The translations under genes and the position numbers were made by a program. Shown here piece after piece: positions 25,239-38,900 of a DNA stretch of 64,000 bases; positions within the stretch are counted from its first letter, which is position 1; every line of letters starts with the position of its first letter. The notes under the pieces were generated by a model. It was not told the DNA's origin, ran no database searches, and saw only the letters and a program-made list of their open reading frames with translations. The stretch spans positions 512,001 to 576,000 of the forward strand of contig CBDBMG010000002.1 in NCBI GenBank assembly GCA_965207375.1, given 5' to 3'. The stretch is from Nitrosopumilaceae archaeon (lineage in GTDB: Archaea > Thermoproteota > Nitrososphaeria > Nitrososphaerales > Nitrosopumilaceae).

Positions 25239-28200
25239 TTAGATGTATAGCTACATTACTACTTAGCTAGCTACCTATGTTTAATAGCCATGCTGGGATT
25301 GCTTGCTGGTCATGCATATACATGCATTGTCCAGCTTATACCTTACTTCTTGCCTTATTTAAATGTATTGTAACACACATGCATACTGAACTATTGTGTA
25401 CAGCTACATTACTTATAATGCACCCATGTACACATAGCTACTCAGTTATAGATATACGTACCTTGCCAAGAAAATACTTCAAATATCATTAACTTTTATC
25501 AATAGCAATAAATTCGTATAATAGCTATTACGTTTTTATACAACAACTATCTACGTACCTTTATAGCTAATGATCAAATCTTGTAGTTTATGCAAGCTAT
25601 CAATGACCACCTGACCCATGCATCATCTAGCTGCATGACATAATCAGTAAACCTATGTTTGTGGAAAATTCTAGTATACACATGCATGGATGCCTGACAC
25701 ATGCTAGCTACATAGCCATATGCATGAAACCATTCATCTTCTTATTAGCTACGTATATGTATACATGCATACGTAGCTACCACTAATTTCTGTGTACTTG
25801 TGTAAAGTGGTCCCACAAGAGATTATACTTATCTCAGTTAAAACCGAGTTACACAAGTTACTATAGTGGGTAGTTTATACGTAGCTACATAGCTACATAA
25901 TTGCACCGCTGCTAGCTGGTCCCACAAGAAACTGTTGATCTCAGTTAAAACTCTCTGTACACAAATTTTAAAGTTTGCTAAAGAGTCCCACAGGAAACCT
26001 TCAGACTCAGTTAAAACCAACTTCAGCAGTGAATTCTGCAGCTAGCTAGCTACATACGTACGTATGTAATTATTATGAAAATGGTCATACATATAACTAT
26101 AACCTTAGGACTAGATTACAATGTACAGTTAAACATACCTTTGCTATGCATACTTGCACTTTCATAGGTACGTAATAGCAAGTGTGTATATACAGTGGTT
26201 AAACTTCACTCAATAAACAGCAAAAATCTGATGAATTCAAAAGTTCCACATACGTATATAGCTAGCTACGTAATGCTAAAGATGTGCACATGTATTAGAT
26301 ATGTACGTATGTAGCTATATAGTATATAGCCAGTGCTAATAATTATTGTCATAGTAGGCACAACAAAATTCTCACTATCACTCAAGACATGTAGCTGTAC
26401 AGCTAAACAACTGCATCGGTAGCTAGTTGTCAGGGTTGCTACAACAAGCATGAACCTTAACCCAGACATGGTAATTGATTAAGCAAATAGCTAGCTACGT
26501 ATGTTGATTGTTGTTTATAATAAACCTTCATGAGATTTCATGGATTCACTGACTATAGATGTAATTATATACGTATGTTATACCAAGATCAGTGCTATAC
26601 ATATGTAGCTACCTAGCTACGTATATTATACAACTATACGTATGTAGCTAATATACTTTCACTACTTACATATAGCTGAATTGTATTCATTACTTATACT
26701 CTCAGAAAAAATACATGTACACTTTCTGATGATTAGTCGGGAATAGTGCTTTCAAGTTCCACCCATTAAATATGTAAATCTGTTTGATGCATAACTATCA
26801 ATAAATTATCAAAATGGTAGCTATATAGCTAGATATATACCATCTGCTACAGACTGGACAGATTGGCATCACACCACTTATATAATTAGTATGGACATAC
26901 TAATCTGGTATAAATAGTCTGCAATATACATGGGTGCACAGAAGTTCCCCGTGCAATGAGACGGCTATTCTTTGGACTAGCTACACATTATAGCTATGCT
27001 TTATTTAATTTATTATTAAAAAATTGTGGAAAGTATCAGAATACTCCATTGTCCCAATGGAGCTTCCGTAGCTTTACCTTTGTCATAGACAATACAGACT
27101 ATGTGGCATGAAACTTTTGATGAATTGGGGGCAAGGAAAATTTTCAAGTTTTGACGAATTATAGCTATCAGCTTTACATGCAAACAGCTATTGGTAAAAA
27201 AACTTTGGATGGTACGAATAGCAAAGAATTTCTCAAATCATCAATATTTCTCCTGACAAAAGTTTGCACCGTCAGTAGCTAGTTATGTACATATAGATGA
27301 AATAATTATAAGTTCACCTTAGTGTACTGTGGTTAAGTTATTAAATTTATATGTATAGCTTTAGCTATGTATCACTGTAGAAATAGTTACTATAGATGTT
27401 TTGATTAGCTAGCTAGCTATGTATTTATTACTAATTAGTTGTGTATAGCTTTGCATTACCTACAAATCCTATATTTATTAAGGCTTGCAAACACACAGTT
27501 TATAAACATAAAATTAATCCATGTGTATATATGTGGTAGCTGTGTGTGTGCGTGCGTGTGTGTGTGTGTGCGCGTGTGTGTGTGTAGAACTATATGCTAC
27601 GTATATGTACTTTCGTTGCTTCTTAAGATGTGACATGGATGTTTGTGTGCTCAGAGTGTGGCAAGGGCTATTCTCGCAACTGCCGCCTTCAAAAACATCT
27701 TGAAAAAGAGCATCATGTCACCACCACTGTTAAACGAAGCAGGCGATTCAAGTGTCCCATGTGCACCGAGACATCTTTCTTTATGTTTCTGGAAATGAAA
27801 AGGCATTGTGAAGAAGAACATCAAAATAATCTAGGTACATATGTATAATATCATAACATGAAATTACTTCAATTACATTATTAGGTACTAAAGTGCACCA
27901 TTTTGAAACATTTGCAGAGTTCACAAGGTGGAAAGATGATATGGAAGAAAAAGACCATGTATACTACACAAAACAGAAGGAGTACAAACTTTCTGAGGGT
28001 ATAATGCATGCATCACAAATACCCTCATGACAGTGCCTTTACAGGTGATGTAACCAAGCGTCTATACTATGTGTGTTGCTGAGATGGTAACTACCGACCA
28101 TGCACAAAACAACGACAGACTGGAAAAAAACGTCCCCATCAGAAAGATACGAGGAAGCTCAATGACACTTGCATCTCTAGAATTTATGTGGACTACTACG

Positions 28201-29222
28201 ATGATGGTCATGTGACAGTAACACACATTACAGCACATACAAATCACCAACTAGGGCATCATGAGGATATGTATCTGCCCCTCCCTAAGAGCATAAAAGA
28301 TGAGATAGCAATTAAACTCAGTAATGGAATTCCTGCAGAGAGGATAACGGAAGGTACACAGTCCCTATTCAAGATACAGCAAAGGCTTACATGCCAGCTT
28401 GTGTGCACGTAATATTGTTCATATGTATGTACGCTATATATATACATATAGGGATCATACCTCCTAGTTAATGACCTTAAATTTTCAGCAATGATAAAGC
28501 AATGCCTTATCTACTAATGCTGCAAATTTTGACTCAGTAGACCTTTTCTAACAAAAGTTATAAATACTGAAGTGGCAAATTTGGAAGTGTGAACTGGGCT
28601 CTAGGCTGGCTTTCGCTTGGACAGTCACATATACCAACACAAACAAGACAACTGAAACATCCATAACTACCTGTAATACATCACTGCTCAAAGAACTCGG
28701 GCTAGTATGCATGTACCTGTATGCAACTATGCATTAGAGCTGTGCAACTTGACCAGTTATAACTGACCAAACTGGTTAACTAACCTCTAATATTTTCACT
28801 CAAAATGTATCTATAATAGCGATGATGTCACACCTGTTCACCCTTTGTATATAACCACTTGGTACCCCCATTATAGGATAATCTATGTACTACAAATTTT
28901 ATTTAAGTGCTAGGTGCAGCATAAAAATCTCATCCATTTTAGTTAACTGGATAACCAGCAATTATTTGTTCAGTAACCGGTTTTGATCTTCTGTCCAGTT
29001 TCACATGCTCTAGTGTGTATAGATGCATACATGCATGCACAAGCTAGAAACACACATACATACATACATATCTACATACTTGTGTGCGTACGTACAGCCA
29101 CATACACACACATAAATATGTAAATGCATACACATTGTCAAAATTTGAAAGGTAAACCAAATTTTATGCCGGTCAAGGTATCCAGTATATAAGCTAGCTA
29201 ATATAATTCCAGTGTACGGTAT

Positions 29223-29417
29223 CAGAGCTTGAAATAAGGATTAGAAATAAATTGGTCACCCATTAATTAAAGGTATAGTAATATTATTATAGACTATCAA
29301 TGGCTTCCCCATAGGAAATGTACAGTAAATTTGTCCTAGCAATCAGATTTTGCTTGGCCGAAATGGCAATATATTGGTTGGAAAGTCGCCAATGGCCGAC
29401 TGTTATTTCAAGCTCTG
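29223..29417. mobile_element. MITE with CAGAGCTTGAAATAA TIRs
   Basis: 15-bp TIR; flanks CGGTAT/CAGTAT (imperfect 6-bp duplication). Internal sequence is shared with 31750-31937. Confidence 0.8.
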
Positions 29418-30438
29418 CAGTATACTCAATGTGTAACAGTAGCCCTGGACAACTAACAAAATACATACATTGTATGGTATTGTGCACCCTCACACTATGG
29501 AATCTCACATATTGCATATACTGTAGATATAAGGGAAAAGGTTGGACACCGAGCAAACCGCTTGGAATTTGGTGCAGCTGTCAGACGCAAGCATATGGTC
29601 ACAAAAAGGATATAACCAACAAACGAGTATTGGTAAAGGATATGACAGTAATCTGCAACAAGGAGGATGCTGTGTCTGTTGACATGTTCATTCAAGAATT
29701 ATGTGGGGAACCTTATAATCTGATTTTGTTGTACAAGCGGCAACATGAAACTGATAAGCAGTGCCCCTCATTAACAGAGGATATATTTTTTTGGCCATAC
29801 AGACTGATTTTCAGCGACAGTTGTATGAACAGTATGCACACAAGGTGGTATGCATTGATGCTACAAATGGTACCAATGCATACCGATTTAAGTTGATTAC
29901 TATCATGATTGCTGATGACTATGGACAAGGTAAACACTATGGCATTGTTATAAACGTTGCAAATTTAACGTGTAGGATACCCATTGGCATGGTGCATTAG
30001 CAGCCAAGAAACAACTGAAGTTGTACAACTGCTTTTTAAGGCTATTAAGGAACGCTCTCCTGATGTTGAAATTCATACTTTGATGACAGATGATGGTAAG
30101 CATGCAGTATAGTAGTGATCTGTACATGACTATGATAATTGCTTTAAAGATGACATTTGGTATAACGGAGGAAAAGCAGTGTTTGGAAGTAAGATACACC
30201 ATCTTCTATGCCACTGGCATGTTGACAGGTATATACGTACACAACACAGTATCAGAGAACTTCGCACAAAATATATGCTATTGTTCACTTGCACAAAGGA
30301 TGGAGTAGATATCCTAAACTAACAGTTCAAATTTATTGGTATAATGTATGCTTAGCATAACTGTAGAAAATTTATGGGGAATTTTTCATTTACGTAAGTA
30401 TATTTATCAACAGTACACTTCCAAAAACAAAGGTCATA

Positions 30439-30689
30439 TGTGACCCAGCATGAGAAAACAGGGCTTATGTGCACATAAAATTTGACCACGTTTTTTGATT
30501 TCAAACTTAAATAACTTTACAAGTAAACATAGGAGTCTAATAAAATTTACACCATTTATACAGCTTTTCATAGTAAATCTTATGCAGCTTATAGATTTCT
30601 AAAATCATAAATGATATAGGAGATACGCACTGTAATGTGAATAAGTGTATTTTGTGTACATAAGCCCGGTTTTCTCATGCTGGGTCACA
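30439..30689. mobile_element. MITE with ~40-bp TIRs TGTGACCCAGCATGAGAAAAC..., TA-flanked
   Basis: Near-perfect inverted ends. Related TGTGACC-type ends occur at ~170-185 and ~40620-40840. Confidence 0.9.
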
Positions 30690-31749
30690 TATACGTATAC
30701 ATTAGTGAAGTGGTGTACACATCTGACAAACATTTTATGTGCTAACTCCATGTAACATGGTAGCTACAACAGTGCACACACACAAAGTAAGCCTTCCCAA
30801 TACACCATTAATTTAGTTAGGTAGACAGGAGCAATATGACAGTAGCAGCAGCACCACATACAAAAATATTACTTACATACATCAATCAGGTCCATAGTAT
30901 GTTACATTTCCCCATTGTGTGCATGGCATCAACAGATCATGGAAAAACCACCTAAGGAGTGTTGCAAAGGAGAATCAATTGAGTATCTACCTGACATTAT
31001 GTATACTACTTCATGAAGTAGATACGTCTCTGTTCACTTTACGTATGACACAGTTTACCAACTATTGGAGCAGCAAAGAGCCTAATTTTATCAAATATTT
31101 TAACACTTATTACAAAGAAAGAGCTGGTCAGTACGTATTTAAGTGACTTAATTACTATTTTAATTTTGTGGTGATTAGAAAAATGGGCAAGATGCTATCG
31201 CCACTTTTCCCATGCAGACACTGATACCAACATGTACTTAGAAAGGTATACCTATACATTTACATTAAGCTCATATCAATGTATAGACTACATACATGCT
31301 TTCACAGCTTTCATGCTAAGCTAAAGACAAATTACCTGAATGGTAAAGTTAATAGAAGAGTAGATTTTTTAATTGATGCACTGCTGAGAATAAGAAGATT
31401 GCTTTTAAGGTAGCACAGAAACAAAGAATGGGAATTGTCAATCGACAGGAGATTAAGGAATCGTACCGGCATCAGAAAGGGTTGCAAATTAAACCCGAAG
31501 ATGAGACAGTGTGTAATGACCTACTGTATTTATCCCTATAGAAACCTGGGAATTTATTTCTACTCAGTTGATTAGCCACAAGTTATAGTAGGCTGTACTC
31601 TATAAGCTATTGTAAGATTTCATCACCTGACCGGTAGTACCCCCTGGACTTCACAGGGATAAATACAGCACTCCTCATGCAGTAGTATAATCATACAATA
31701 TGTTTCAGAATATTGGATGACAATCATTGGACTGTTAAGAGTACCTCTG

Positions 31750-31937
31750 CAGTGCTCAAAATAATGGTTGGAAGTTGGTCGGTCATTCAATCAAAATAGG
31801 AACATTATTATGGACTATCATTGGCTTCCCCATTGGAAATGTACAGTAAAATTTATCCTATCAAATTGGACTTTGCTCGGTCATATGCTGAAGTGGGTCA
31901 GAAAATGACCTGTGACAGACCACTATTTTGAGCTCTG
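31750..31937. mobile_element. MITE inserted in a MULE transposase exon, 5-bp TSD
   Basis: TIR CAG(T/A)GCTCAAAATA(A/G)TGG; TSD CTCTG. Removal restores the frame HWTVKSTSGLVTDGY. Confidence 0.88.
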
Positions 31938-32905
31938 CTCTGGACTTGTCACCGATGGGTATACTGTTAGCAGAAAATCTGTTACCTGCTCTGAGTGTAT
32001 CACTAGTCAAGATCGGTGCATATATCCCGAGTGTAGAATTCTGTGTCGTCACATGTATAGTTGTGACGACACTTGCTATGACTATGGAAATGGGCATATA
32101 TGCAAACATATCCACCGTGTACACTCTTTACAATACCATCAACAGCAAGGATCTGATGATGCCCAGGATCACAGTGTATTATCCTCCTACTGAAGAACCT
32201 ACAGAAGATACCACAACTAGTCATGGTAAGCATCTGATATACAATGACATTGATCAACTGTGTATCAATACATTTAAGATAATAACTTGCATCTAGCAAC
32301 TACTCATATACTTATGAATGAACTATGCATGTTACTCACAAATGACGAAGTGAAGCCATGCTTGGAGAATGTTAACTCATTACTGACTAATGCCATCTTG
32401 AAGTGCAAGACAGCAATTGAACATGCTGAGAAGTCAACCTCCAGGTTATTAACCTGGATTTGATAAAAGGGTCAATAAATGGCTATCTGTTTGTGATGTC
32501 TTTGTGGTAAAGTCCCGCCAGTATGTCATCAGGAATAATAAGCTCTATACATTTCCGTTGCTAATAGTGAATTGTTCGCTCGAAGAGATACCTCTAAAGG
32601 TACAGTAAATCTACTACAACTATGGCGCTATACATAGTAAGCAAATTACCAATTTGTTTTAATTTTACCGTTCACACTAAAACTGATTTAACCTCACCAT
32701 TCTTGGTTTATCGATATATATTTCATTAAAACATACTTACTATATCGCTCCAGAAGCACTTTTCTTCCTTTAAAACAATATAGTACGAGTTTTGGTGAAG
32801 ACGCCATTTTTGTGAACATAAGCAATTGGTTACGTTTATCCACGCATGGCATGCATAATTAAAATAGTGACGTAGAAACATATGTCAAAAATGCTTTGAT
32901 CTTAA

Positions 32906-35900
32906 ATGGCTTCATTTTTGCTAGCTCAACTGCCAGGTAAATGTGAATGTACTATAGTGTGGTGGTTCTACTGTAATTATTATCATACGTATATACATAG
33001 GCTGGGTGCTTCAATAGTAGTAGCAGCAGGAACTGTTTTGCCTATGTTTGCAAGGAATTACTATAACCCACTCTGTTTCATCCAGTACCCTCATTCTGAT
33101 GTACCCCCGGTTCATTGGGAACAAGTACGACCACATACATCCACCATTAGTGTATTATATATTATCATCTCTGTTGAAATGTAGGTTTCACTGAGCTTTA
33201 CAGGCAATAGAGCTATCATTGGATCAGCCATATACACCAACAATCTTGACTTGTGTTCCTGGTATTCATTTGATCCACCATATTTTTACACAAACAGAAG
33301 CAATGTGCTACGGTGGCCTTTTGTTTCTTATGGCCAAGGGTACAAAATTATTGTAAATTATGCAGTAGATTATTGTTATTTTACATAGAGATGTAGTCAA
33401 CTTTAACATTAACTCTGGTCATAGCGAGCAGAACTCCTCAAAGCAAGTATTGGCTGTCCAGACACCAGCTTCTGATTTTACTGTCAATACAAAAGCTGTG
33501 CGGTAGCTCATTATGAATAATTATTTTATATTGTAACACATTGTTTTAGATTGCAGCTTATCCTGGAGAAATGATTCAGGTTTCCGTATCTCCTTATGAT
33601 GAACAAGATTATTTAACATCAGGAAACTTTCGAATTTCAGCAAATTTAGACAATAAGGTAGTTAAAAGAGATATATAATTAAACTGTAATTTCAAAAGTC
33701 ACATTTTCAGAATGCATTACTTGCTTTCAATCCCACTGCACAAACTATTAACCCTGCTGATTTAACATTTTCAGTGAAGTATAGAATGAAGAATGCTGTG
33801 GAAATTACTGATAAAATGTTGAAGAAAAATTACACTATTAAGCTGTCCACACTGAATACTCAATCTGTTGTTGTAAGTGTACTAATAATGAAAGCATATG
33901 TGACTATCCAACCAAAAAGGTAGCCTAACTTACACTCCTAAATTGCAATTCACTGCTTTATAAATTTGCTGGGAAAGACAAAGCTACAGAGTCCATATAA
34001 CAACAGAGCTAGTAGAGTAGACAGCACTCTATCATTGTTAAATGAGTTAACAATAAAAAGATTTAGCAAAATTGGAGGTGTAAACTGGGCTATTAGTCAC
34101 ATATCTCATATTACCATAAATGACAAAACTTTTGAGGAAGAAAATTTTCATAGTTTTCGCAGATTTTTAATAAACCATGACAGTTTTCCCTACTACGTAA
34201 TTTCAATACATGAAAGCTGCTTTTTTGTTCTTATTTAGCAAAACTGTGAAAGCTTTCCCTACGTACATTATGAGCAAACCCAATAAACCACAAAAGTTTT
34301 CCCTACTAATTTCAATACATGAAAGCTACTTTTGTTCTTATTTAGCAAAGCTGTGAAAGCTTTCTCTACGTACATTATGAGCAAACCCAATAAATCGCAA
34401 AATTTTTCTTCCTTGAAAGTTTATCTTTTACATTATCAAAGGTGTACCTCTGATATGTATGTATAGCTAGTACAAGATGATATGAAGCAGTTCAACCTTA
34501 CAATAAAGCCCTGTCCACCTGGCCATGTATTACACACCACTGAGAGCAAAGATAAGTATGAGTGTAGATGTGACGACACTGATGTGAATATTGTCAAATG
34601 TATACCAAATGAAAACAAGATAACATTAGAGGTGGGTATGTGTACACTACTATATGATTGTAGAATTTTGAGGACCAAGTATTTGTGATTTGCTAAATTA
34701 CCCCAAAAGGTACGTAAATATTTTAGGTTTTGTGAATTTAGGCTTTTTAGTATCACATGTAATGAACTTGATCATGAGGATAGATCATAGACTTTATATA
34801 AATATAAAGTGTTGTGATATGTAGGTAAATGTCTTGGCATGTAAAAGATATTATTATGTACGTGAACTATGTAACTATATAGCTAGCTAATAGCTAAATT
34901 TAGTATTAGTGTAAGAGATCATGGCACAAGCCTTATCATATAACGGGTTATCTTCATGAGGTGTGAATTTTCACAAATTTCACGAATGGCCTAAGGAGTC
35001 GTAAAATTTATGCTGAGCTGTTTCTAAAGTTTGATTGTGGGTTTTAGTCGGCACGTGGAATGTAAGCCATGCAGAGCAATGATTAAGTCGATTTTGGGAG
35101 CATGCTAAAGAGAATATCTCCTTATGGATGTTATGAATTTGGGCATAGATAGTATATATACCTCTGTGTCTGGTGGTAGCCAGTAAGCTGGCTCAGGGCG
35201 GTAGAGTTAACTCGCAGAAAAGAGATGGGGAACTACACTCCAGAATTCCAGGTGAAGGTTGCAAGGTCCTACATGTACACATGATGCCCAAATCGTGAAC
35301 TGTGAAGATTGCAATCACAGTAGCTCATTGCTTGATCTTTGCAAAATTTTGGTTACATAAGCTCAGGAGCCTTATAAATACTGTACAAATAGCTAGTTTG
35401 TACAGCATTTATGAGGCCACCTTTAATAATAGTTATAATTAACTCTACTTATGTAGCTACCTTTACTTTGCATGAAATTTTCAAGAATAATATTTTGATG
35501 GGTGCTCCAATAATCACAAATCACAAAACTTGTGTTCTCCTCAAAATAATTATATAATAATTATTGTATTATACATACATTCTGCAGGCAGGTCTTTGGG
35601 CTCATTATGTAAACAATGGTTCGGTGAATAGCATACTGGAGTATTATCATTGTCCACCTGGCTACTGCCAATGCAGACATTTGGATAAGACTTTAGAAAA
35701 ATGCAGTAGTGTCTATTCTTACAGTGATGAAAATTTTCAGTGTGTTTGTGACAGGAAAGGTACATACATCATGCATCTAGATGTAAACCTGTTACCCTGT
35801 ATAACAGGATTTTTGTGTGGGAAATGTCGAGATGATAAAGGAATAAGTGTTCTACTAAATAACTGCAAGTCCTGTGGCGCAGCAAATTTACTACTGATAC

Positions 35901-38900
35901 TAGCACTAGGTACATATGTACATATCTAGCTATACTTTAGAAAATGGTATGTTGGCAATGCTTTGAAGTTTAATCAAAATAGAAAATAGCAGTTTCTAGA
36001 CTTTGATAGAAGTATCTTAGTACTAAGATGCTTATTGGCTGACTACACACTATGTGCTATCTTTTCAATTAACATCAAAGCATTTTACAACCTCTTTTGA
36101 AATAAAACTGTCTTAAATCGCTGATACTATTACTACTACTACTGAAACAGCTTGAAAGCATCAGCTACTACTGCCTAGCTCGCTGATGCTTCTTGGTTGT
36201 CGATTTTATCAGCCATTATTGATTTACATGATATATTTGCATGATGCCAGCTAGGCATCCCCTTCAACTCTGACTTGAATTAACATATCAATGCCATACT
36301 GGTACAAATTTCTAACCTATTCATGTAGCTGCACTGTTGCTTGTACACTGAGAACTGTATTGTGCTTATAATTATTATAACGTCAAATTGCACATGAAGG
36401 TCATCAGTAGTGAGTGTATACATGCATGCATTTCACCTAGTTATTAAAGAAAATGCATACTGTACAATTATGGCATAACTTTTGAGCGGGAAAACTTTTG
36501 TGTTCTATGTATAAATGAGCATTTGTGGAAACTTTCATGGTAGAAGATGGCATTAAGAATCAAGCATAAGATGCTGAACCAAGCATGCCGTTTTTGCTTT
36601 GTATAAACATTATGCTTTGTATACATATTTTGTATATGCATGTGCTTATCAGGGTTGAAACCGGGTCACAAGTATTGATCCAGATGATCTGCTGACTCAT
36701 TGGCTTATATCTGTGACCTCAATGATGACCCAGATTAAAACAATTGCAGAACAACATAACTATTATACAGATTAACTTATACCATGAATTGTAGCATTAA
36801 TAAATCAATACTCTCTAATATAACAGTCACCAGCATTATTAGTGACTAATATATTAGAGAGTATTACAAACCAAGATTTTTGGAGTCACATGACCTGGAG
36901 AGAAAGTGACCCATCTGTCCCAAATATGTGGATTAACCTGACCCAGATTCACATTGTAGTAATACCGTGATATTTTTTGGAGACAATAACCGTATTGTGA
37001 AATATATAGTATTATTATGATATCGATATTACCAAGGTATTGACTGAGAAACTGCTGCATTTCATAGTTTATGAAATGAAGATGATGCAGGATGGAGCCT
37101 ATGGCTTCAGTGGTTGCTGGTTAACTATTTGCTATTTGTTAGTCTCGTGTGGTCAGACTCTTCTTCGCACAGGACATTTATCGCTTGCAGTATAAGCATC
37201 CACGCTTATACTATAAGCAATAAACACCCTGTGCTGAAATAGGGGGTATTAAGTACTTTATGATATTATGTTGATCAATACCGCCAAGCCCTAGTACGAT
37301 TACATATATTTTGATGAGGTATTGTTTTACAAATATACCAGTCCTAATTTTTATTAGAATCACTATCTAGTAGGGTTGGGCAATATTATTGCCACCACGC
37401 AAAATTAGGGTGTGAAAAATTAATATTGCAAGGATTTTTACATATCAATAATATCGCATAGGCAATATTTTATGTCTGATGGCTTAAACAGCAATCATCA
37501 CTACATGCTAGCTAGTTAATGAACAACAATTTTCATAGCTTTTACTAAGTACAGATATCGCCATATTCTTCTAATGTGGTAAGTATTCCGCTGCAACAAT
37601 CGCATTGTCTCTTGTTGCAATTATCGTAAGGAATATTTTCAGTATTGCCCAACCCTACTCTCTAGTACTCTCTCAGAAGACAAATGCATGGCCAGCCACA
37701 AATAATATCAAAATACTTATAAATTCATTAAATCATAATGTCAGTATTGAAAAATTCATGACAGTATCCTAAAATGATATTGCAGTATTACTGAAATTAG
37801 GTATATTGCAGAGCTCTAAGTAAAATGATGAATGTAGTCAGTCACCGTCTTGTGTTGAAACCGATGAAGCCATGAAGGTGGTGGAAATGAATAAAAGTTG
37901 GGGGACTACTGGATTATTAAAATAAATCAAGTCCAATCGACTGCTCTATTAAGGTAGTGACTGTTATATTAGAATATTTCAAGCATATATTGGAGGAGCT
38001 CTGCCCCTACATTTCAAAGTTGGGGGCTCTAGCCCCCACCTTCCACCGCCACTGGAGCCATAATATTTATACTGATGAGTATAGAGTTGCAAATGAAAGT
38101 GAGGGCAATTTGATGAAATCATAATGTTGAATTGTTGATAGCTAAAATTAATTAACATTGTAAAAATTGTTATATGACAGTCAGAATTTAACAAGATTCA
38201 CAGCTGTAAAAACCTCTGTGTTATAAGACCCATGTAATTATTTTAAAGAATGATCCTAATACTCGATCTTATTTTCATGCCATTGAAGAAGGCACAAGTT
38301 CTTTATAGATAGCACTAATGATTTGATTGATTCTTCTGTATTTGGCTAAGGCGCTTATAATCTGAACATCTATAAGCGGCTGGCACATAAATTGTTTTGC
38401 ATGGCTACGCAACACTTCAGGTAATAATACAAATTGTAGCTATATGTTCTAGGGAGAGGAAGAAGAGGAGCTTTAAAGTAGCTAATAATTTACTGCCATG
38501 ATTTTAAAACGGGTAGAATATTTGTAGTAAAATTTGTAATTTAGTAAAAATTGTGTTAGCTTTCCCACTCGAAAGTTTTGCTGTATACGGTAGTAAAAAT
38601 GTGTGATATATTCATGAAGTAGCTACTGCGTGTGTTTAACAAACACAATTTTTTTGAAAGCTGCTGTACACAAATTTATAATAGCTGCATATGTAGTATT
38701 TGGAAATTCTTTTCTATGACTCAGTCTGATCAAGGCTCACTGTTAGAGTTATTCACCCAATAATTAAATAAATATGATTGAACTGTATAACGATTATCAA
38801 CTATCAACTACTTACAGTAGATATGCATGTCATATAGTTATACATTATGTTTCAAATATTAGTGGTGGCAGAAACATTTCTCATAATAACAATTCTGATT

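Larger units (their letters stand above)
27628..32450 (+). pseudogene. MULE/MuDR transposase with N-terminal C2H2 zinc fingers and C-terminal SWIM finger; multi-exon, decayed
   Basis: CSECGK..H...H and CPMC..H...H fingers. MULE core VVCIDATNGTNAYRFKLITIMIADDYGQG | YPLAWCIS...TLMTDD | HLLCHWHVDR | SWKNHL; KWARCYR...DTNMYLES | FHAKLK. SWIM CDDTCYDYGNGHICKHIHRVH. Frameshifts near 29790 and 31390; MITE insertions. Confidence 0.88.

Noticed and set aside
29318-29896. 192-aa ORF as an independent gene
   Set aside because: It is a chimera of MITE, intron and MULE exon sequence.
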